From NCBI GenBank assembly GCA_050011375.1, contig JBEKJF010000002.1:1-57282 (forward strand): DNA of 57,282 nt, in the 5' to 3' direction. Below are positions 43,619-52,277 of this stretch, in pieces (within the stretch, counting starts at the first letter, position 1; each line of letters starts with the position of its first letter). The translations under genes were made by a program, and so were the position numbers. Below the pieces are notes generated by a model. The model was not told where the DNA came from. It saw only the letters and a list, made by a program, of their open reading frames with translations, and made no database searches. The DNA comes from Candidatus Sulfotelmatobacter sp. Lineage in GTDB: Bacteria; Acidobacteriota; Terriglobia; Terriglobales; Acidobacteriaceae.

Positions 43619-44983
43619 CTAGGGTCGAGCTGCGAAGACCTTCCCAGAAAGTTCATCCAGCTCCACTCCGTCGCTGCGAATTTCAGAAGTAGTCTTGCCC
43701 GCCGGCGCAGTCTCCGGCAGGGCGCGCAGTTTTTCGACTTCGGCCTCAGTTTTTTGCCAGTCTGCCGGATTTTTCTTGGTCGCGTTCGGCGCATTCGGAT
43801 CGGAGTAGAAGGCCAGAATATTGGCACGCAAGTCGTGCGTGATCTCGTCGAAGTTGTGCCCTGCCAACTCATCGAGTAGGCGCGCGTAGGTCTTATCCGT
43901 CAGGCCGTATTCCCCCGCCCGCGTGTCGTGCCCTGTGTCGAAGTCCGTGTTCGTGAGTTGAACTCTTCCGGCGGCAGCCTCTTGCAGCAGCTTCGCATAG
44001 TTCTCCATCGTGCGGTCAACGCTGGCGATATAGAGATCTTCAGTCTGCTTGCTAGGAATCTTGAAGTCGAGCGCTTTGAACGGGCCAATCTTGGGTACGA
44101 ACCTGAAAAAAAACGCCAGCACACGCGTTCCGAAACCCGGCTGTCGATAAGTTCTCCCCCATTCCTTTTGATAACTCGCGCGCGACAAATAATAGCGAAA
44201 TTGTCTCGTCCGGAAGTTCGGTGTCTCGGCGGCGACGATCTCTTTTTTCCGTGTGGTCAGCGCCACCCGAGTCATCTCAGGGATCACTTTGCTGATGGCC
44301 CGCCGGAAAGTGCCGAAAGCCATGTCTTCATTCTTGATCACATCGCTGAGCGGAATGGCGTAGGTATCCAGAAATGCCCTCTCCAGCACCGGCTTCGAAA
44401 TCTCGAAACCGATAAAGTCGTGATAGGCGTCCGAGGTATAACGGTTCTTCGCGACCTGAGTTACGTCGAAGCCGAATTCCGTGCGGATGTGGGCTTTCGG
44501 ATTGTCCTCATACGTCACAACTTTCCCATACTTTCTCTCAAGCCTGGGAAATTCAATGCCAACCACCTGATTGATCGTGGGATGTCCGCTGTTGTCGGCA
44601 GAATAATGAGCCAGCGCGCCCAGTGCAAACGCATATTCGTTCACGTCAGACGCTTCCTTGAGCAGGTTGACGATAAAGTCGCCGCTGCGCACGTAGTGCG
44701 TAAGATCGCTGAAAAATTTGTTGCCGAAGGGATAGTAACCCATGTCCTGCATTACCGATCCACCGTAGGCGAAGGCGTGCGCCTTCTTCAGATCGTCGTC
44801 GGTTGCAGTTGGAAAGCGCCTTTTCAGCAAGGGCAAAAAGTTGTACTTCCACGCCAAATCCACAACCTCTTCGTGGGTCAGCACGGAGTAGCCTGCGCAC
44901 GGCTCTACGCCGTAACCAGCCAACACAACAATCGTCAGCACAAGTGAAACCGCGACTCGCCAGGCATCGAACGGACGCTTCAT
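43619..44983 (-). CDS. Zinc-dependent phospholipase C-like family protein (exported)
   Basis: Signal/TM region. It has His-rich motifs THEEVVD, YGGSVMQDMGYYP and LGALAHYSADNSGHP as in proteins annotated this way, recalled from memory only. Confidence 0.55.
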   Translation of the reverse strand: MKRPFDAWRVAVSLVLTIVVLAGYGVEPCAGYSVLTHEEVVDLAWKYNFLPLLKRRFPTATDDDLKKAHAFAYGGSVMQDMGYYPFGNKFFSDLTHYVRSGDFIVNLLKEASDVNEYAFALGALAHYSADNSGHPTINQVVGIEFPRLERKYGKVVTYEDNPKAHIRTEFGFDVTQVAKNRYTSDAYHDFIGFEISKPVLERAFLDTYAIPLSDVIKNEDMAFGTFRRAISKVIPEMTRVALTTRKKEIVAAETPNFRTRQFRYYLSRASYQKEWGRTYRQPGFGTRVLAFFFRFVPKIGPFKALDFKIPSKQTEDLYIASVDRTMENYAKLLQEAAAGRVQLTNTDFDTGHDTRAGEYGLTDKTYARLLDELAGHNFDEITHDLRANILAFYSDPNAPNATKKNPADWQKTEAEVEKLRALPETAPAGKTTSEIRSDGVELDELSGKVFAARP

Positions 44984-46020
44984 TTGCCTACAACCAGGAC
45001 TACGAAGCTGTCGGGCAAGATAGATCGCCGGGGATGCGGATTATCCGCAGTCGCGGCCGGAGCCGGACCAAAGTCCGCCGTCACAACGTATATATTGTGC
45101 GTTTTGGAGTCGAGCGCCAGCGTGCGCGCACCTTGTTGTGTCGGAACATTTTCCGCCACGCTGAACTTGTCGGGCGAGAGCTCGCGCACCACAGTTAACA
45201 CGCCTTCGCCGCAAGAAGCAAAAGCCAGCCCGGTTTCGTCGTCGAAAGCGGTTGCGTCCACTCCGTCACCGATAGTGGGCGTGCCAAGAACCTTGCCCGT
45301 ATCGGCGTCCACTACAGCCATCATCTTGTTGTCGCAACCCACGAACAGCCGCCGATTCTTCCGGTCCATCGACAAGCCCGAAGGCGATTCGCACGGCGCC
45401 AGAGGCCACTTTTTCTTGACCGCCAACTGGGTCGGATCAATCACTTTCAGTTCGCTCTTGTCTTCGATATTTACGAAGATCTCGCCCTTGCCGTCGCTGG
45501 CGGCAAATTCCGGCTTGCCATCCAGTTTGATCGTACCCAGCACCGTCCCCTTCACCGCATCAATCGCGGTTGAATCCTGGCTGCGGCCGTTGAACGTGAA
45601 AACCCTCTTCGTCGCCGGGTCGTAAAGAATCGCATCCGGATTATCTCCAACTTTCACTTTGCTGCTGGTCGCCAACGTCTTCATATCAAAAATGCTGACC
45701 GTACCGTCGCGGCCATTGCTGATAAAACCGCGTCCCAGATCCGGCGCGAGAGCGATGCCATGAACTCCTGGCGTATCTGGAATGTCCCCAACCGCCTTGC
45801 CGGAATCGAGATCGAGCACGATGACGTGAGTCGCTCGCGAAATATAAAGACGCCGCGCCACCGCATCCGCCGTCAAGTAATCCCAACCGCCATCGCCGCC
45901 TACCTTGTAAGTGTTCACGACCTTGTACCCCGCACCGGCTGCGGCTAGAGCGGCAGTGCAGAACAGCACAGCGAGTGACGCCGATAACCAACCGCGTATG
46001 ATCTTTCTCTTGCTCAACAT
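44980..46020 (-). CDS. YncE/YVTN-type beta-propeller protein (exported)
   Basis: Signal peptide from ATG 46020, then repeated propeller blades (GVHGIALAP..G.GFISNG.DGTVSIFD...). It has a 4-nt ATGA overlap with the downstream PLC-like gene. Confidence 0.75.
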   Translation of the reverse strand: MLSKRKIIRGWLSASLAVLFCTAALAAAGAGYKVVNTYKVGGDGGWDYLTADAVARRLYISRATHVIVLDLDSGKAVGDIPDTPGVHGIALAPDLGRGFISNGRDGTVSIFDMKTLATSSKVKVGDNPDAILYDPATKRVFTFNGRSQDSTAIDAVKGTVLGTIKLDGKPEFAASDGKGEIFVNIEDKSELKVIDPTQLAVKKKWPLAPCESPSGLSMDRKNRRLFVGCDNKMMAVVDADTGKVLGTPTIGDGVDATAFDDETGLAFASCGEGVLTVVRELSPDKFSVAENVPTQQGARTLALDSKTHNIYVVTADFGPAPAATADNPHPRRSILPDSFVVLVVGK

Positions 46021-46162
46021 TATTTCCTCCGCAAATTTCCGTCGCGGCTCATAATCCGATGCCGATTTCTCCCCGCAGGTGGCCGAGATCTTTTGCATCA
46101 ATCTCACTGGGGCGGGTCCCGAAGTAACTTTACCCCGTCCCGCGCCCTCCTTAGACTTGCTT

Positions 46163-47275
46163 ATGGACGTATCGCGACCGAACTTGCCGCCACAACTTCA
46201 GGGTGTGGATACGCGCTCTAAGGATCCGCGCATGCGGCCCTCACCTGATTATGGCACGCTCGGTCCCACCTCGGATGTCGTGAATCTTGCCGCGTCTGCG
46301 TCTGGTTTGCTAACCCCGGCGTCTACGGTTTCAGGCGGTTCCTCGTTCAGTCGCCCGCGACCACAAAACCTACGCCGGCTCCAAGTATTCGCAGCGATCG
46401 TGGGGGCAGTGGTTGCGCTCGTGGTTTCCAACTCCAGAGGCTCCGGCGTGCTTAGGGGAAGGGTCGCCAGCCCGCTCCCGCAGCCAGCGTCTGCCGTATC
46501 CTCCGGCGTACTTTCAGATCGCGAACTCGATCGCCAGAGGCCACAGAAACAAGCTGAGATACTTCTCGAACGCGCCGTAAGCCGCTCCAGTACAGGCGAG
46601 AACCAGGGCCAGTCCGAAACTGCAGCGCAGATCGAAGCCCGCATCGATGCCTGGCGCGGCCAGCTTAAGTGGGATTCAGAACTCGGCGAACTCACCACGG
46701 CGGCGCTAAATTCCGATGACCAGAATGTGCGCGCTTCCGCGATCGATGTGCAACTCGCAGCCTACGGATTAACCAAGAGCGAGTCGAGCGTCAACGCGTT
46801 AGTGCGGCAGGCCGATTCCTCCGACCACGCGCAGAAAGATTGGGCTTTGTGGGCTCTGGGCTTGCTCGGCAATCGCGGGATTGAAACCGATCGCGTGGTC
46901 CGGGTATTGACCGCGCATCTGAAAGACTCTGGCAAGAATTCAGCGTCAGACTCAGATGAAGAGACGCGCCGTTGGGCCGTCGAAGGCCTCGCGCTGGTCG
47001 GGACGACTTCAACCATCGTCCCACTACTCAATGCGATGCACAACGATCCGTCTCCCATAGTTCGAGAAAGGGCTGCGTGCAGTCTCGCAGAATCCGGTAT
47101 GTTGACGCATCAGCAGCGCATGGCCGCAGTGCCGCAACTGATCAATTACTCCGACGATCCCGCGCTCGATGCTCAGACCCACGCCTGGGCATTCCAGGCT
47201 CTCGCTGAAATCACGAAACAACATCTTCCCAACGACTCCGCAGCGTGGCGAAAAGCAGTGGCCAGCGGCCAGTAA
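46163..47275 (+). CDS. Membrane-anchored HEAT-repeat protein
   Basis: One TM (VFAAIVGAVVALVV) and C-terminal HEAT-like repeats (DQNVRASAI..., ETRRWAVEGLA..., PSPIVRERAACSLA...). The start is uncertain. Confidence 0.6.
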   Translation: MDVSRPNLPPQLQGVDTRSKDPRMRPSPDYGTLGPTSDVVNLAASASGLLTPASTVSGGSSFSRPRPQNLRRLQVFAAIVGAVVALVVSNSRGSGVLRGRVASPLPQPASAVSSGVLSDRELDRQRPQKQAEILLERAVSRSSTGENQGQSETAAQIEARIDAWRGQLKWDSELGELTTAALNSDDQNVRASAIDVQLAAYGLTKSESSVNALVRQADSSDHAQKDWALWALGLLGNRGIETDRVVRVLTAHLKDSGKNSASDSDEETRRWAVEGLALVGTTSTIVPLLNAMHNDPSPIVRERAACSLAESGMLTHQQRMAAVPQLINYSDDPALDAQTHAWAFQALAEITKQHLPNDSAAWRKAVASGQ

Positions 47276-47279
47276 GTCA

Positions 47280-47373
47280 GGGATTAGGCCTCGGGATTAG
47301 GGGCAGAAAAAGCCACTGGCTCCAATCCCTAACCACTTCCCTAATCCCTATGCCCTGATCCCTATCCCCTGCC
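47280..47373. repeat. GGGATTAGG words followed by five phased inverted heptamers CCCTNNN between convergent genes
   Basis: gggattagg (47280) and gggattagggg (47293) are followed by ccctaat ccctatg ccctgat ccctatc ccctgcc (47339-47373). Confidence 0.9.
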
Positions 47374-47376
47374 TTT

Positions 47377-48570
47377 TCACTCTGCCATCTTCGCCACATG
47401 GACATCGAAACCAGTCTTCGGCAACAGAGACGTCAGTGAGAAAGCCTTGAATCCATCGCCGTTCACCTCTGTGTGACGATAGACTCCCGGCTCGCTCTCA
47501 ATCGTTTCCCTGCGTCCCTCCATGTTTCCGAGAAACGCTTCGGCCTGCGCCATGCTCGCTTCGCCGCCTTTCGCCCGCGACACCACGGCCTCTGACGCAT
47601 AGGACCGCACCAGCTTCGGCCAGTATTTTTCGAGCAGCTCCGTGCTGGCGAAAACATCGGCCCAAATGACGCGCCCGTTCACCGCAACCACCACCCCGAC
47701 CGCTTTGCGATCGCGCAACTGCTTGATCAGGCTTTCGTAATTGTGTTCGATCGGCGCGGCAATCTCATCCACCTTCTGCTTGACGTCTTTGTTCTCCATA
47801 ACTCGCGCGTAAGAACTAGTGGATTGAATCTCCTCGGTGCTGACGGACGGGGATCCTGCGACTACTTCGACTGTCTGCATCGCCTGTTGCTGCTTCCTTA
47901 CTTCGGCCCACACCTGGTTCTGATCTTTATCCCCCATCGCTTTCGCGCGCACCGACGGCTGAGCCATAAGCGTGCCTGACGCCGCCGCGGACTTCCCGAA
48001 CATCGGACCTCCGACTGCGCCTCCATACGTCGCCCCCGAAGCCCCGAAGTGCTCGCTGGTCGCAACCCAGCGCCCCGGCTCCACGCAGAACACACTAAGA
48101 TCCACCGGATCGCTTTCCGCGGGAACGATGCGATCTTTGCCAATCACGCGATCCTGCTTGCCTCCAGCAACAATCTCGCCAGCCAGCAGCAGCAGCGGAC
48201 GCTTCGAGTTGTTAATCAGCACCAGCCGGTTCACCTCGGCACTTTCGCGGCGCACCGCCGGCGCAGGACCTCTTCGCACCAGCCCGCGAACATTTCCATA
48301 CTCGGTGACCACCACTTCGCCGGATCGCAATCCTTCATCGAGCGTCAGAAACTCTCCGGTCGCGTAGGACTTAGGAGCGACAACTGGAAACACCGTCAGA
48401 CTTCCATGCCGGATCGGCTCCAGCACCTTGTAGCCAGAAGCAGAAGGCTGCTCTCCGGCCTGCACTGGCCGCAGATCCAGACAGACCATTCCGGCCACGA
48501 TCACCACCGCGATCACTGCCACAAATAATCTCGGACGCATAACGCTCCTCCCCGCGCGGGCGGCGCGCAC
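47377..48570 (-). CDS. Uncharacterised exported/anchored protein with LTVFPV ... GGKQDR ... CVEPGRW motifs
   Basis: 397 aa with an N-terminal TM. The motif constellation resembles a family of hypothetical proteins I recall as ARPP-1/DUF-type; this is unverified. Confidence 0.6.
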   Translation of the reverse strand: MRAARAGRSVMRPRLFVAVIAVVIVAGMVCLDLRPVQAGEQPSASGYKVLEPIRHGSLTVFPVVAPKSYATGEFLTLDEGLRSGEVVVTEYGNVRGLVRRGPAPAVRRESAEVNRLVLINNSKRPLLLLAGEIVAGGKQDRVIGKDRIVPAESDPVDLSVFCVEPGRWVATSEHFGASGATYGGAVGGPMFGKSAAASGTLMAQPSVRAKAMGDKDQNQVWAEVRKQQQAMQTVEVVAGSPSVSTEEIQSTSSYARVMENKDVKQKVDEIAAPIEHNYESLIKQLRDRKAVGVVVAVNGRVIWADVFASTELLEKYWPKLVRSYASEAVVSRAKGGEASMAQAEAFLGNMEGRRETIESEPGVYRHTEVNGDGFKAFSLTSLLPKTGFDVHVAKMAE

Positions 48571-48740
48571 CGGTCCCAGGAGGCTGTAGGTCCAGCTCCA
48601 CGGAGCGCACCGCCCGTTCGACTCGACGGAAGAACGAAATAAACCGCAAGCCTTGCGGCCAAAATTAACGTTGCAAACGTCAAATAATTGGTAGCATCGT
48701 GCAGAGTCTCGTCGTACTCTCTTTCTTTTAAACCTTTTTA

Positions 48741-49667
48741 ATGCGCGCTACGAAACCGATCTCCGCTGCAGTCGAATCGGCAGCCGCCGATCTGCTCGCG
48801 GATCTGTACGCGAAAAGTGGCTGCGAAAAAATCGGTCTCTCCCGCGAATCCTTCACGGCGATTCTTTGTGAAGTGGCGACGAAGTATCTTGCTGCTGAAA
48901 CGAATCAGTCAGAGGCTCGCACTTTTCTGCTCACTCTGCGCGTCGACGAACTAGCGCTAGCCCGTGCCTGCGCCGCAGGCCACAACGCCGCCTGGGAACT
49001 ATTTCTCACGCGCTATCGCGAAAAACTTTTTCTATCCGCGTTGCGCATCGCGCGGGAAGAATCCGCCGCCCGCGATCTGGCAGACAGTCTTTACGCCGAA
49101 CTCTACGGCACCACCACGCGCGAAGGCGAACGCGTTTCAAAGCTAGCCTCGTTCACGGGACGCGGATCGCTCGAAGGCTGGCTGCGCACCGTGCTGGCGC
49201 AGGAATTCGTGAACCGCTATCGCCGGACCAAACGCCTGGTCAGTCTCGAAGAAGAAAGTGAAGAGGGCATTCAGTTCGCCGCTCCCGTACCCGAGCCGCT
49301 TCCCTCTGCCGACGCGCGCCTGGAATCCGCCACCGACGCCGCTCTGGCCGCCCTCGACAGCGAAGACCGTATGGTGCTCTCGGCGTATTATCTCGATGGC
49401 CGCACCCTGGCCGAGATCGCCCGCATGCTGGGCGTGCACGAATCCACCATCAGCCGCAAAGTGGACAAGCTGGGCAAGTCATTGCGCAAGAAGATCATGG
49501 CTGGCATGATGCAGCAAGGCATGGCCCGCCGCCAGGCCGAAGAGGCATTAGAGGTGGATGTCCGCGACCTGCAGGTGGATATTCGCCGAAGCCTGGCGCA
49601 AGATTCCCCGACACCAGCGTTCTTAGAGAAGAAAGTTCAGGTTAGAACAAGGGAAGGCTCAGGATAA
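48741..49667 (+). CDS. Sigma-70 family (ECF-like) sigma factor with a ~90-aa N-terminal extension
   Basis: Region 2 is AWELFLTRYREKLFLSALRI. The region 4 HTH is RTLAEIARMLGVHESTISRKVDKL. Confidence 0.85.
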   Translation: MRATKPISAAVESAAADLLADLYAKSGCEKIGLSRESFTAILCEVATKYLAAETNQSEARTFLLTLRVDELALARACAAGHNAAWELFLTRYREKLFLSALRIAREESAARDLADSLYAELYGTTTREGERVSKLASFTGRGSLEGWLRTVLAQEFVNRYRRTKRLVSLEEESEEGIQFAAPVPEPLPSADARLESATDAALAALDSEDRMVLSAYYLDGRTLAEIARMLGVHESTISRKVDKLGKSLRKKIMAGMMQQGMARRQAEEALEVDVRDLQVDIRRSLAQDSPTPAFLEKKVQVRTREGSG

Positions 49668-49709
49668 GTAGCCCGTAATCTGTGTAGCGTAGCGGAAGAA
49701 CCGATTCAG

Positions 49710-49737
49710 AGCTAGGAGCTAGAAGCTAAAAGCTAAA
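49710..49737. repeat. Four phased AGCTARR heptamers ending at the anti-sigma ATG
   Basis: agctagg agctaga agctaaa agctaaa ATG. Confidence 0.9.
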
Positions 49738-51318
49738 ATGCAACACGTCCCCAAAATCGTGAGAGCCAGATTGCAGCGGACAACGCCGGCCACGGCAGAG
49801 ACACATCCCGATGCCGACCTGCTCACCGCGTTCGCCGAGCGCTCGTTAGTCGGTGGCGAGCGCGACCACGTGCTCGAACACTTAGCTCGTTGCGCCGATT
49901 GCCGCGACGTAGTGGCGTTTGCCTTGCCCGCCACTGAAGACGTTGTGCTGGCAAAGTCCGCAGCTCCGCGACGCGGATGGCTTACCCTGCCCGTCCTTCG
50001 TTGGGGCGTAGTTACCGCAGGAATCCTGGCCCTCACGTCGGTGGGGATCGTGCAATACCGGCAGCGCGGTCAAGAAAAGACAGCAGTAGCTACCAGGCTC
50101 ATGTTGCGCGATCAGCCGGCGGACTCTGCCGCGCAGAGTCCTGCGCCTAGTCCGCAAGTGGATGCTTCCCAATCGTTTACTTCGCCGACGGCGATGGGAA
50201 AACAAACTGTGATGGAGAAGCGCGCTCCGGTGCCGTCGGGAGCCCAGAGCGCCTTTTCCGCAGGGCTGTCCGCAGATAAGTCTGCTCCCGCGCCTCGTCC
50301 AGTCTTCCCCCAATCCCAGTCCGCACAACGCGCAGCTTCGGCAGGTAAGGTTCACGGCAGTATCGGCGGTCCGGTCCGCGGCCTTGGCTTCAGCTCCGCT
50401 GGCGGTCGAGCCTCCAGACGTGCCGAGGCTGCGACTCCGCCCGGCTCTTCGGCTTTTGCCGACAACTCAAAGAACGCGACATCCGCCATCGTGCCACAGA
50501 ATCCAAATTTCGGAGCCGTTCAGCGCGCTCCGGCCACTTCCACCACTGTCGAGGTGTCGGGGGCAGCTCCGCTGGTCACGACCCAAACCACCGCGCAAAA
50601 CCAGCTTCAGGATCAGCTTGTTCAGAATGACGCGGCCGGGGCGCCGTCCTCAGCCGATCGCGTGGGCAAGGCAAAACCCGCGTCGCCGCAAGTGTTGGTC
50701 ATGGCGCCGGCGCCTTTGCTGCACGCAGAACCCGCTCTCACGAAAATTGCAACCGCCCCACGTTGGACCATCAGCGCAAGCGGCGCACTGCAACGCTCGT
50801 TCGACGGAGGCAACACCTGGCTCGATGTAGACGTCACAGCGAACGCCTCTCAGAGCGCCAATCTCGCGAGCCGCGCTCGCGCCGGAACAACCGTCGAAGT
50901 CGCCAACTCGGCAGTCGAAGTCCAAACCGAGAACCGGAACGAAGCCCCAACCGAAATTCAAACCGAAACCCAAACCGCGGGGAAGTCCGAGAAAAAGACA
51001 ACGGCGAAGTCCATGGCAACATCCGGCGCGCGATCCGCTGCGAAGTCGTCGCCAGGCACGCACACAATCTTCCGCGCCGTTTCTGTATCCTCGAACGCCG
51101 CCGACGTCTGGGCTGGAGGTTCAGCGGCTGCCCTGTATCACACCGTAGACGGCGGCAATCGCTGGACCCGCGTGGTTCCGTCCCAAGCCGGAGTTCTTCT
51201 CGCCGGCGACATTATCGCCATTCAATTCTCCGACCCCCGCAACGGAATCGTAACCACATCGACCGCCGAAGTCTGGACGACCGTCGACGCCGGTCAAAAC
51301 TGGCACAAGCAGCAATAG
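49738..51318 (+). CDS. Anti-sigma factor (zf-HC2, one TM) with an extracytoplasmic Asp-box/BNR (Ycf48-like) domain
   Basis: Has HLARCADCRDVV and the TM VVTAGILALTSVGIV. Three SxDxGxxW-type boxes are present (FDGGNTW, VDGGNRW, VDAGQNW). Confidence 0.75.
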   Translation: MQHVPKIVRARLQRTTPATAETHPDADLLTAFAERSLVGGERDHVLEHLARCADCRDVVAFALPATEDVVLAKSAAPRRGWLTLPVLRWGVVTAGILALTSVGIVQYRQRGQEKTAVATRLMLRDQPADSAAQSPAPSPQVDASQSFTSPTAMGKQTVMEKRAPVPSGAQSAFSAGLSADKSAPAPRPVFPQSQSAQRAASAGKVHGSIGGPVRGLGFSSAGGRASRRAEAATPPGSSAFADNSKNATSAIVPQNPNFGAVQRAPATSTTVEVSGAAPLVTTQTTAQNQLQDQLVQNDAAGAPSSADRVGKAKPASPQVLVMAPAPLLHAEPALTKIATAPRWTISASGALQRSFDGGNTWLDVDVTANASQSANLASRARAGTTVEVANSAVEVQTENRNEAPTEIQTETQTAGKSEKKTTAKSMATSGARSAAKSSPGTHTIFRAVSVSSNAADVWAGGSAAALYHTVDGGNRWTRVVPSQAGVLLAGDIIAIQFSDPRNGIVTTSTAEVWTTVDAGQNWHKQQ

Positions 51319-51337
51319 GCGGCATCTGAACTCTCTT

Positions 51338-51397
51338 GTCATCCTGAGCGGAGGCTGTGCTTCGCGAACGCGAAGCACAACCGCAGTCGAAGGATCC
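51338..51397. repeat. GTCATCC...GGATC family element with a perfect 10-bp internal hairpin
   Basis: gtcatcctgagcgg..gtgcttcgcg-aa-cgcgaagcac..gtcgaaggatcc. Confidence 0.75.
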
Positions 51398-51518
51398 CTT
51401 GTCACTCGCTGCACCATTAACGCCTCAGGGAATTTCGACAACGTGCCCTGCGCGTTCCCTTTGTGTCCCGATTAGTGCACGCCTGAATAACCGGGAAAAC
51501 CCGATTACTAAAGTGACG

Positions 51519-51547
51519 TTTACACGAAATCACTAGTTCTCTAATAT
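51519..51547 (+). promoter_or_regulatory. Near-consensus sigma-70 promoter TTTACA-N17-TAATAT
   Basis: tttaca lies at 51519-51524 and taatat at 51542-51547, with an exact 17-nt spacer. It is flanked by the inverted hexamers cgaaat/atttcg. Confidence 0.45.
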
Positions 51548-51554
51548 CCATTTC

Positions 51555-51621
51555 GTGGTTTGGCAGTTCTGGGGGAGGGCTGCCGAGGCGTCTTGAACTG
51601 AAAAGTTCAAGACGCTTTTTA
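51555..51621 (+). ncRNA. Candidate ~65-nt small RNA (promoter + hairpin + intrinsic terminator), adjacent to fur
   Basis: The predicted transcript is GUGGUUUGGCAGuucugggggagggCUGCCgag-GCGUCUUGAACU-GAAA-AGUUCAAGACGC-UUUUU. No plausible ORF or SD is present. Confidence 0.4.
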
Positions 51622-51678
51622 CTTGCTCGCGTTAAGTTGATGCTGTGGGAACAGCCGCGCGTCAAGCTGATTATGTGG

Positions 51679-51717
51679 GGACAGCCGCCATCGGCTGTCC
51701 GCCGGGCGAAGCCCGGC
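51679..51717. repeat. Two adjacent GC hairpins (REP-like) just downstream of the fur stop
   Basis: ggacagccg-ccat-cggctgtcc and gccgggc-gaa-gcccggc. Confidence 0.7.
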
Positions 51718-51730
51718 GCCAAGCCTGACT

Positions 51731-52177
51731 CTACTTCGAGCATGCCGCGCAGTACCCGCCAATTTCCAATCGCGACACCACAATCCGGAACCGGCAATCT
51801 TTTTCCACTTGTCCCTTCAGCTTCTCGAAAATGTCGCTGACAAATTCCATGATCTTGCCGCAGCGCAGGCACGCCATGTGGATGTGGTCCCGGTTCACCT
51901 TACGCTCGTAGTAATGTCCCTCGCCATGAATGTGCATCAGGTCGAGTTCGTCGATCAACCCGTGCCGCTTGAGCATCCGCAGGGTCCGGTAAACCGTGCT
52001 GCGGTCCACGCTGGCATCCAGCTTCTGCGCTTTGCGCAAAAGTTGGGCAGCGTCCAGATGTTTGCTCGCGGTCTCCATCACTCGCAGAATCGCGCGTCGT
52101 TGCTGGGTCATGCGGATTCCACGCTCGGCAAGATGCGCTTGCAACCGGCCCGGCATTTCAGTTTGCGGTAACGGCAT
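51731..52177 (-). CDS. fur: Fur family transcriptional regulator
   Basis: Contains TQQRRAILRVM...DRSTVYRTLRML...HGEGHYYE...HIHMACLRCGKI...CxxC. The start is uncertain (52213 GTG, 52177 or 52156 ATG). Confidence 0.88.
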   Translation of the reverse strand: MPLPQTEMPGRLQAHLAERGIRMTQQRRAILRVMETASKHLDAAQLLRKAQKLDASVDRSTVYRTLRMLKRHGLIDELDLMHIHGEGHYYERKVNRDHIHMACLRCGKIMEFVSDIFEKLKGQVEKDCRFRIVVSRLEIGGYCAACSK

Positions 52178-52277
52178 AAGGCCTCTTCCACTGTCGCAAC
52201 TGGTCGCAATCACGCTGCGACGGAATCTTCCGCCGGTTCTTGACGCCGCACGCCGTATCCGTCACTATGAAAGGTTC

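Noticed and set aside
51556-51597. A 13-codon ORF (GTG GTT TGG CAG ... TGA) inside the sRNA candidate.
   Set aside because: It has no SD, it uses a GTG start at the predicted 5' end, and its stop lies inside the terminator stem. It is more parsimoniously non-coding.
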